Origin: Anaerolineaceae bacterium UBA2260
GTDB lineage: Bacteria; Chloroflexota; Anaerolineae; Anaerolineales; Anaerolineaceae
Length of the DNA: 64,000 nt
Assembly (NCBI GenBank): GCA_002347485.1
Contig: DDXM01000037.1
Location: 16,502-80,501 of the forward strand
Direction of reading: 5' to 3'
The translations under genes were made by a program, and so were the position numbers. This document shows, one piece after another, positions 29,301 to 36,621 of this stretch; within the stretch, counting starts at the first letter, position 1, and each line of letters starts with the position of its first letter. The notes beneath the pieces were generated by a model. The model was given only the letters and a program-made list of their open reading frames with translations, did not search any database and was not told the origin of the DNA.

Positions 29301-30689
29301 ATGTCCTCTATCAAACCAACCCTCTTCATCCATATCGGTTTACCAAAGACTGGAACTACGGCATTACAAACAGCTTTGTCCGCCAGTCAGAAGCTTCTTC
29401 TTGAAAACAGGATCTATTATCCCAACGCGTTTTTTTGGGGCGGTCACCATGATATCGCCCGCTGGTTGAAGCACGGGAGTGATGATACTTTGCTCATCAA
29501 TTTTTTTGATGAGATGAAATCCGGGTGTTTGGAAAACGCGTGCGAAAAGGTTGTCATTTCCTCCGAGGGTTTCTATTATCCGATCGCCAGCGAGATTGAA
29601 AGAGATAAGGCAACCTGCTCGCTCGAGATTCGGAAGAATCTTTTGAGGTTAAGGCAAGTCATTCCTGAGGACTTTAACGTGAAAATCGTGGCATACCTGC
29701 GGCGGCAAGACCTCGCCCTTGACTCCAACTACAATCAGCGCGTTAAGTACAGTCACTCTTTCACGCTTTCTCCAAGGGAATTTTTGCAACGCACTTTTGA
29801 ACGGTTCAACCGGGACTACGATTTTCTCCTGGATGCGTGGGCTGAGGTGTTCGGGATTGGAAATATTATCGTCAGAGTGTATGAAAAAGGGCAACTTCCT
29901 GATGGTACGATCGTTGACTTTTTACGGAACGTATTGCAGATCGAAGATGACGGACTGATCAAGAAGGTCACCGCTTCTTCAACCATCGAAAATCCCCGAT
30001 TGAGCCGTGACCTGTTGGAATATAAGCGTATTTTAAACAAGATTTATAGCAACCAGCCATTGATGCGCGATCAGTTGTACCTTGATTTCCTGCAAGTATC
30101 TCAGCAGATGGAAGGCGCAACGAAATCCGGGAACATCTTCACGGTTGAAGAAAGGCTGGAAATCCTCTCCAAATACCAGGAAGGCAACGAAAGAGTGGCA
30201 AGGAAATTCCTGGGTCGGGAAGACGGGAGACTGTTTTACGATCCCTTGCCGGATAAAGAAAAGGACCCTCCGTACCCGGGCTTATCCGTTGAAAAATCCA
30301 TCGAGATCAGTTGGCGATTGCATTTGCTGGAAATGAATCGCATCGAGAAGAATGTGGATGCGTTAAACGCCTTCATATCACAAATTAAAGGACTGTTTGG
30401 CGTAAGAGTATTCAGAAAGATTTACAGGTTTTTTAAAGAAAGGAAGGCTTCTGAAATTTATCGAAGAATCGAAAAGAGCGAGCTGTTTGATCGCGAATAT
30501 TACCTGAGCACCTATCCTGTGGTAAAGGAGACAGGTTTGGATCCCCTGCAGCATTACCTGAATCATGGATGGAAAGAGGGTTTTAATCCAAGCCGCAACT
30601 TTAACACGGCTGAATATCTCTTAAAATATCCAGATCTCGCCAGCAATGATTTGAACCCACTTGTTCATTACCTGCAAAATAGAAAGTAA
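29301..30689 (+). CDS. Sulfotransferase-like protein, paralogue 3 (closest to paralogue 1), with a C-terminal double repeat module
   Basis: Motifs are LFIHIGLPKTGTTALQ, VVISSEG and AYLRRQDLALDSNYNQ. Long near-identical stretches are shared with paralogue 1, for example NIIVRVYEK..LPDGT.VDFL, ENPRL.RDLLEYKRILN and QLYLDFLQV. The C-terminus reads SELFDREYYLSTYPVVKETGLDPLQHYLNHGWKEGFNPSRNFNTAEYLLKYPDLASNDLNPLVHYL. The gene starts 3 nt after the paralogue 2 stop. Confidence 0.6.
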   Translation: MSSIKPTLFIHIGLPKTGTTALQTALSASQKLLLENRIYYPNAFFWGGHHDIARWLKHGSDDTLLINFFDEMKSGCLENACEKVVISSEGFYYPIASEIERDKATCSLEIRKNLLRLRQVIPEDFNVKIVAYLRRQDLALDSNYNQRVKYSHSFTLSPREFLQRTFERFNRDYDFLLDAWAEVFGIGNIIVRVYEKGQLPDGTIVDFLRNVLQIEDDGLIKKVTASSTIENPRLSRDLLEYKRILNKIYSNQPLMRDQLYLDFLQVSQQMEGATKSGNIFTVEERLEILSKYQEGNERVARKFLGREDGRLFYDPLPDKEKDPPYPGLSVEKSIEISWRLHLLEMNRIEKNVDALNAFISQIKGLFGVRVFRKIYRFFKERKASEIYRRIEKSELFDREYYLSTYPVVKETGLDPLQHYLNHGWKEGFNPSRNFNTAEYLLKYPDLASNDLNPLVHYLQNRK

Positions 30690-30727
30690 TGAAAATTGAT
30701 GCCTAATTATCCTAAAGGCTTGGAAGT

Positions 30728-32341
30728 ATGACGCGATTATTTCATCGAACGAGGAATACTGTGGAAGGTGGCGACAACATCGTTTATCTTCTTGATCGAT
30801 ACCTGTTTGAAAATGATTCGACTGTGATGATCGGCGGTTGGTGTTTTTCAAAACGGACCGGCAAGGTTTCTATTTCTGTCAGTGGCGTTGAGGCCAGGGT
30901 CACCAGGCATTACCGTGATGATCTCGCAAGGGATTTTCCCGCCTACAAGGAGCAGATTCGCAACAGCGGTTTTGAGATCAGGATCAGTAAAAAGGACGCG
31001 AACACAAAGAAATTCGGGATTACTTTCTCGGACGGAACTGAAACGGTGGATGTTCCCAATGACAGGCGGAAGATCTTTACCGTGATGCTGCGGAACCGGG
31101 TGAAGAAACTGATCAAAGGGGGGATTTTCCTGATCCTGGGCATCATAAGCGCGCTTGACCTGGGAAAGTTTAGAAGGCAATGGATCACCCAATTCAAGCG
31201 GCACGCGCAGTTGATCCAACCCGGTAAGGCTGAGGAGCCCGAAGGTGTTCAAAGGATCGATTCAGACATTAAATATGTTGCCTTTTACCTGCCGCAATTT
31301 CACCCGATCAAAGAGAATGACGAGTGGTGGGGAAAAGGGTTCACAGAGTGGCGTAACGTGGCGCGCGCGTTACCGATGTACGTGGGACACTACCAGCCCC
31401 ACATCCCCTCTGACCTGGGGTTTTATGACCTTCGCAACGCGCGAACGATCGAAAACCAGGTGAACCTGGCGCGCCGATTCGGGATCTATGGGTTTTGTTT
31501 TCATTACTATTGGTTCGGAGGAAGAAGACTGCTCGAAGAGCCCTTGGATATTTTCCTGGAGCACCAGGAGATCGACTTTCCCTTCTGCATCTGCTGGGCG
31601 AACGAGACATGGTCGCGCAGGTGGGATGGATCAGAAAACGATATACTGATGAAGCAGGATCATACCGAGGAGACGGATCTGCGCTTCATCCAGGACGCGG
31701 TGGAACTCTTCCGTGATAAGCGCTACATTCGTATCAACGAAAGACCGGTGCTCATCATTTACCGCCCTGATCTCTTCCCGTCACTGCCGGACACAATTGA
31801 GCATTGGAAAACTTACTGCAAAGAACAGGGTATGCAGCCGCCTTTCGTGATCGGCGCGCTGACCTTTGATATCGAAGATCCCACCATCTTTGGTTGCGAT
31901 GCAGGGGTCGAGTTCCCGCCTCACGGGTTGCGCTTGCGGCAGATCACATACAAGAAACGCATGCTGAATCCCAAATTCAGCGGGATTGTTTTTGAAGCCA
32001 GGAATATCATTCAAGATAAACTGTACCTGGAGAGCACTCCCTTCCTGAAATTCAGGACCGTCTTCCCGGGATGGGACAACACGCCGCGCAAGCCCGAAAA
32101 AGGCTTTGTGTTTGAACACACCTCTCCAGCGTTCTACAAAGAATGGCTTAAAGATGTCAGCCAATATACCAATACAAATATTGCGCCTGAGCATAGGTTT
32201 GTTTTCATCAACGCGTGGAATGAGTGGGCGGAAGGCGCGCACCTTGAACCTGATTTTCAATATGGGACGGGCTACCTGGAAGCCACAGCCGAGGTGCTCA
32301 AGGAATTGAGAACCAGAGGTGATCAACCTGCCGGTGAATAA
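30728..32341 (+). CDS. WbsX-family glycosyltransferase/glycoside-hydrolase-like protein with an N-terminal extension and one TM helix
   Basis: YVAFYLPQFHPIKENDEWWGKGFTEWRNV ... FCFHYYWFGGRRLLE ... CICWANETWSRRWDG ... INAWNEWAEGAHLEP is the WbsX-family (lipopolysaccharide biosynthesis protein) signature as I remember it. The first ~160 aa plus the helix IKGGIFLILGIISAL are additional. Confidence 0.75.
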   Translation: MTRLFHRTRNTVEGGDNIVYLLDRYLFENDSTVMIGGWCFSKRTGKVSISVSGVEARVTRHYRDDLARDFPAYKEQIRNSGFEIRISKKDANTKKFGITFSDGTETVDVPNDRRKIFTVMLRNRVKKLIKGGIFLILGIISALDLGKFRRQWITQFKRHAQLIQPGKAEEPEGVQRIDSDIKYVAFYLPQFHPIKENDEWWGKGFTEWRNVARALPMYVGHYQPHIPSDLGFYDLRNARTIENQVNLARRFGIYGFCFHYYWFGGRRLLEEPLDIFLEHQEIDFPFCICWANETWSRRWDGSENDILMKQDHTEETDLRFIQDAVELFRDKRYIRINERPVLIIYRPDLFPSLPDTIEHWKTYCKEQGMQPPFVIGALTFDIEDPTIFGCDAGVEFPPHGLRLRQITYKKRMLNPKFSGIVFEARNIIQDKLYLESTPFLKFRTVFPGWDNTPRKPEKGFVFEHTSPAFYKEWLKDVSQYTNTNIAPEHRFVFINAWNEWAEGAHLEPDFQYGTGYLEATAEVLKELRTRGDQPAGE

Positions 32342-32379
32342 GCATTTTCCCGGGCAAATAAAAAAAAGGTGGAAAAACC

Positions 32380-33111
32380 TTGTCTAATCGTCAGATCGTT
32401 CTCCATATCGGATTCAGCAAAACGGGATCCTCAGCGCTGCAGGTTTTCCTTTCTCAAAACCAGAACCTGCTGGCCAGTTACAACTACGGGTATCCCGAGA
32501 TCGATCCTTACCACTTTGAAAAGGCAAAAAAGGGCGAGATTTCGAGTGGAAACGCTCATTTGCTGCGCGAGGTACTTCACCAGGATACCCAAAACGCTTC
32601 CTTAAATCAATCCGCTCGCTTACTGACACATTTTCTTAGCGCCAATGGCCGCAATTCGACCCTTATTATTTCCTCCGAGAGCTTCGGGGTGATGACCGAG
32701 GAAGAGATCGCTTTTTTCTCCAGATTATTGAGACAATTTTCGCTTGATGTGAAGATCATCTGTTATGTGCGCCGGCAGGATCAGTATATCGAAGCGGCAT
32801 GGACGCAGTGGCAAAGCAAACTCTCTGATTCGTTGCAGCTTGATTTAAGAACGAACCCGGATGTTGTGAAATCTAGGATTGACCCGATCCGGCATTACGT
32901 AGCGAACGGGTGGCATGAAGGAAGGGACCCTGCGCCGGGTTTTTCCACGGCGAATTACCTGGCTGAACATCCGGATATCGCCGTATTAAAACTTAACCCA
33001 TTTGTTCAGTACATTCTAGACCAAAAAATAACTCTTTCAAAATGTTCACCGGGTGAATTTCAAAGGATCGATCCGGCTAGTACCAACCATCGGGAAAAAC
33101 ATAACAGGTAA
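32380..33111 (+). CDS. Truncated sulfotransferase-like paralogue 4 (N-terminal half fused directly to the repeat module)
   Basis: The TTG start lies 7 nt after AAGGTGG. Motifs are VLHIGFSKTGSSALQ, LIISSES and CYVRRQDQYIEAAWTQ. These run straight into LDLRTNPDVVKSRIDPIRHYVANGWHEGRDPAPGFSTANYLAEHPDIAVLKLNPFVQYI. The product is 243 aa against 460-480 aa for paralogues 1-3. Confidence 0.55.
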   Translation: MSNRQIVLHIGFSKTGSSALQVFLSQNQNLLASYNYGYPEIDPYHFEKAKKGEISSGNAHLLREVLHQDTQNASLNQSARLLTHFLSANGRNSTLIISSESFGVMTEEEIAFFSRLLRQFSLDVKIICYVRRQDQYIEAAWTQWQSKLSDSLQLDLRTNPDVVKSRIDPIRHYVANGWHEGRDPAPGFSTANYLAEHPDIAVLKLNPFVQYILDQKITLSKCSPGEFQRIDPASTNHREKHNR

Positions 33112-33114
33112 CGA

Positions 33115-36100
33115 ATGGCAGGGTATTCAAACGAGCGCAGGTTACACAAAGACATCAAGCTGATCAAAGGGTCAGGTTTGTTCGACGCCAGTTGGTACCT
33201 ATCCACTTACCCTGAGGTAGCAGGCAGCGGAGAATCCCCAGAATTGCATTACTTGTTGAGGGGGGGATTTGAGGGTTATGACCCGTGTGAGATATTTTCG
33301 AGCAGCGCCTACCTTGAACAATATCCTGATGTTCGGGAAGCCGGGATGAATCCTCTGGTTCATTATGTTACCTTCGGTAAAAAAGAAGGCCGTAGTGTCG
33401 AGGTCAGCGAACAAGCCGGCAATGTAGCAAAAGAACTGATCGCCACAAAACAGGAGTATTACCGACTGTTTGGCTGTTTACCGGATCTCACGGCCCCGGT
33501 CACCTTTTCAGAAAAGATCCTTGCGTATAAGTTGTTCTATACCGAACAAGACCTGGGCAGGTTTGTCGATAAGGGCAGGGTTCGGGAATTTGTGGCAAAA
33601 ACCATTGGGGAAAAATACCTCATTCCGATGATTGGGATCTTTTCCGATCCGGATGATATCGATCTTAAGGAATTGCCCGACCAGTTCGTTATAAAAGCCA
33701 CACATGGTTCTGGATGGAACGCGTTCTGTTCGAGTAAAGCAAATTTTGATTGGGCAGGTCAAAAAAAAATCCTCAGGGAATGGTTGAATAGCAATTTCTA
33801 CGACCGATTTTTCGAATCCGCCTACATGAATGTACCGCCAAGGCTTCTCATCGAACATTTCATTCACGATGAGTACGGGATTGTCCCCCGGGATTACAAA
33901 TTCTTCTGTTTTAACGGTGAGCCCGCTTTGATCCAGGTGGATTCAGACCGGTTTTCAGGACATAATCGAAATTTTTATGATCTTAAATGGAATCTGCTCA
34001 ATGTCAGGGGAAATTACCCAAATAACCAGGGAAGGTTGGAAAAACCCGCCAACCTGGCAAAAATGCTGGAAGTCAGCAGGTGTCTCTCCGCGGGTTTTCC
34101 TTTTGTGCGTGTTGACCTTTATGCTATCCCTGAAGTGTACTTTGGCGAATTGTCCTTTTATCCTGAAGCTGGATTCTTGCGATTGACGCCTGTGTCGTGG
34201 GATAAAAAACTTGGCGAGTGTTTTGAGATACAAAAGTACTTAGACGAATCTTGCATAAATTTAAACGGATCATTCGATCCATTGGACCTGTTCCGGGTCC
34301 GTTCAGAACGGTTCGGTTTCGATTTTTCCTGTCATCGACAGGACCGACCTGCATATACGGCGCTCGCTAATCAAGACCTGACCAGCTATTTGTTCAGGCA
34401 AATGGTCAGGGGGGTGAAGACGTATATCGACGCCGACGCCGGCTGCGGCTTCTACGCGTTGCTCGCTGCTAAAAGCAACCCGGAGCTCGATATCCATTGT
34501 TTTGAATCTGCGCCGGTCATGCAAGACCTATTGCAAACCAATCTTGCTGACAACCATGTACAGGCTTCTATCAACGATGAACTCCTGCGAGAAATCGTGC
34601 ATGGACCGGCGCTCATCCGGATGGACGGCGGACCTGGCACCTCGAAAACACTGGAAAGACTGAAAGGGACCATCGAACATACCGCTGATGTACGGCTCTT
34701 GATTCATGATCTTGATGCGAATTCAAATACTGCCCCCAGGTTCCTAGAGGGTATTTTCGCGAAATTGGAACAGTGGGGATTTGACCTGTTTGTGGTGGAT
34801 GAAGAAAACAGGATTTACCGAAGGTATCCTTCCGCGGAGGAGGATACGCGCGCAAACAAACCGGGTCCGCGCAGCCTGGTGGCTATTAAAAAAGAGCAAT
34901 CCTTGAATCTCCTCTTCTTCTCTCATTCGGCGAACCTGTTTGGAGCTGAACGCTCCCTGCTTGATCTGACTGCCAGCCTGACCAGGCGATTCGGCGTGCT
35001 GTGCACGGTGGCACTACCGGAAGAGGGTCCGCTCAAACAAGCGCTGGAGAGCGCAGGAGTGGCCACCCGGGTCATCCCGTACAGCTGGTGGTGCGCGCCC
35101 TCCGGGTACCTGCCGGCGGACAAGGACGGCATCGACCGGACACTGGCTGAAAGTTATCAGGCGATGAGGGAACATTCACAGGCGATCGCAGGCATCGGCG
35201 CTGACCTGGTGGTGACCAGCACAATGGTCATTCCCTGGGGGGGGCTGACAGCCAAAAACCTGGATGTGCCGCATATCTGGTGGGTGAAGGAATTTGGCCA
35301 GCTGGATCATGGACTGGAATTCTACCTGCCCTTCGAGAAGACGCTCGAGGTGATCGATGAAGCCTCGAACTACATTGTGGTTCCTTCCAAAGCGCTCAAG
35401 GATACTCTCTTTGAGATGGTCTCTGCTGAGAAAGCGATCGTAGCGTATAACCTCAAACCGGTTTTCACCGGGTCTGATAGGATGGATGAAACATTCTTTT
35501 TTGATGATCAGGCGCTTAAACTCCTGATCTTCGGGTTGGTGATGCCCTCCAAGGGGCATGAGGAAGCCATCCAGGCCGTTGATAGGTTGCTCCAGGAGGG
35601 ACGCAACGTCGAGCTTTGCATCCTGGGGGACTCCAGCAATCCATACGGCGAACACCTGAAGGAATACGTGCGGTCCATCGGCCGCGGGGATCAAATTCAT
35701 TTCCATGAATTCACAACGAACGTGCGCGGGGCGATCGAACAGTCGGATATCGGACTGGTATGTTCCAGGAATGAGGCTTTCGGCAGGGTAACCGTGGAAG
35801 CCATGATGCTGGGGAAACCGGTCATCGGCACAAGGTCAGGGGGGACCATCGAACTGATCGAAGATGGGAGTGACGGGTTACTTTATGACCCGGGCAATCT
35901 TGATCAATTGGTCGAGAAAATTGAGTTTTTCCTCACTTCACCCGGTAAGGTTGTCGAATTCGGGGAGAGGGCTCAACAAAACATTCTGAGGAAATTAGAC
36001 GAAAAGCCTGTGGATGACCTCATGTATCAGTTAAGTCTGGGATTGAAAAAGGGGAGAAACCCGGGTTCAGCAAAATTATCTGATCTCGCCGCGGAGTGGG

Positions 36101-36306
36101 AAGGCAACGTTCCCAAGGCTTTTAAAGCAAGGATTTCTGATCTAGAAAAAAAGATCAGCGACCTGGAAGGATCGATCCGCGAGATTGAATCCAGCAAAAA
36201 GTGGAAACTCGCATTGAGGTTGTACGGAATCCGGAATGCGCTCGTACCGGAGGGATCCCTGCAGGATAGAGTTATTCAGAAGATATTCAAAAAGCCAATG
36301 GGGTGA
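33115..36306 (+). CDS. 1063-aa multidomain glycan-modifying enzyme: double repeat module, TupA-like ATP-grasp, possible FkbM-like methyltransferase fold, GT4 glycosyltransferase, C-terminal coiled coil
   Basis: - aa 20-92: SGLFDASWYLSTYPEVAGSGESPELHYLLRGGFEGYDPCEIFSSSAYLEQYPDVREAGMNPLVHYVTFGKKEGR, the same module as in the sulfotransferase-like paralogues.
- aa ~125-375: FSEKILAYKLFY...DKGRVREFV...QFVIKATHGSGWN...DYKFFCFNGEP...FVRVDLY...YFGELSFYPEAG, matching the TupA-type ATP-grasp.
- aa ~430-540: YIDADAGCGFYALLAA...CFESAP...IRMDGGPG, a weak FkbM-like match.
- aa ~590-990: GT4 with EAFGRVTVEAMMLGKPVIGTRSGGTIELIEDGSDGLL.
- aa ~1010-1040: ISDLEKKISDLEGSIREIE, a heptad coiled coil. Confidence 0.7.
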   Translation: MAGYSNERRLHKDIKLIKGSGLFDASWYLSTYPEVAGSGESPELHYLLRGGFEGYDPCEIFSSSAYLEQYPDVREAGMNPLVHYVTFGKKEGRSVEVSEQAGNVAKELIATKQEYYRLFGCLPDLTAPVTFSEKILAYKLFYTEQDLGRFVDKGRVREFVAKTIGEKYLIPMIGIFSDPDDIDLKELPDQFVIKATHGSGWNAFCSSKANFDWAGQKKILREWLNSNFYDRFFESAYMNVPPRLLIEHFIHDEYGIVPRDYKFFCFNGEPALIQVDSDRFSGHNRNFYDLKWNLLNVRGNYPNNQGRLEKPANLAKMLEVSRCLSAGFPFVRVDLYAIPEVYFGELSFYPEAGFLRLTPVSWDKKLGECFEIQKYLDESCINLNGSFDPLDLFRVRSERFGFDFSCHRQDRPAYTALANQDLTSYLFRQMVRGVKTYIDADAGCGFYALLAAKSNPELDIHCFESAPVMQDLLQTNLADNHVQASINDELLREIVHGPALIRMDGGPGTSKTLERLKGTIEHTADVRLLIHDLDANSNTAPRFLEGIFAKLEQWGFDLFVVDEENRIYRRYPSAEEDTRANKPGPRSLVAIKKEQSLNLLFFSHSANLFGAERSLLDLTASLTRRFGVLCTVALPEEGPLKQALESAGVATRVIPYSWWCAPSGYLPADKDGIDRTLAESYQAMREHSQAIAGIGADLVVTSTMVIPWGGLTAKNLDVPHIWWVKEFGQLDHGLEFYLPFEKTLEVIDEASNYIVVPSKALKDTLFEMVSAEKAIVAYNLKPVFTGSDRMDETFFFDDQALKLLIFGLVMPSKGHEEAIQAVDRLLQEGRNVELCILGDSSNPYGEHLKEYVRSIGRGDQIHFHEFTTNVRGAIEQSDIGLVCSRNEAFGRVTVEAMMLGKPVIGTRSGGTIELIEDGSDGLLYDPGNLDQLVEKIEFFLTSPGKVVEFGERAQQNILRKLDEKPVDDLMYQLSLGLKKGRNPGSAKLSDLAAEWEGNVPKAFKARISDLEKKISDLEGSIREIESSKKWKLALRLYGIRNALVPEGSLQDRVIQKIFKKPMG

Positions 36307-36375
36307 TCGACGAGCCGGATACTGTTAAAGCTAATCCTGCTTGTGAAAGTCAGTTCGCGCGGCAATAATCCCAAA

Positions 36376-36618
36376 TCACTTTAATGTCCGGGTCTTTTCT
36401 TCGATGCTCGCCATCAGTTCACCCACGTTGGCGAAGTCCTGGATCTCGCTTTGATCGAATTCGATGCCAAATTCCAGTTCGATCGCGAGCATCAGGTTGA
36501 TATGCGAAAGGGAATCCCATTCGTCCACATCATCCGCCGTCAGTTGCGGCGTGAGCTCGATCGCATCGTTATCAAAAACGGTAACGAAAACCTGTTGTAA
36601 TCTCTCTTTAAGGTCCAT
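36376..36618 (-). CDS. Acyl/peptidyl carrier protein
   Basis: The 80-aa acidic four-helix pattern has the phosphopantetheine serine in DEWDSLSHINLMLAIE. It lies immediately downstream of the ligase with a 3-nt gap. Confidence 0.8.
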   Translation of the reverse strand: MDLKERLQQVFVTVFDNDAIELTPQLTADDVDEWDSLSHINLMLAIELEFGIEFDQSEIQDFANVGELMASIEEKTRTLK

Positions 36619-36621
36619 TGT

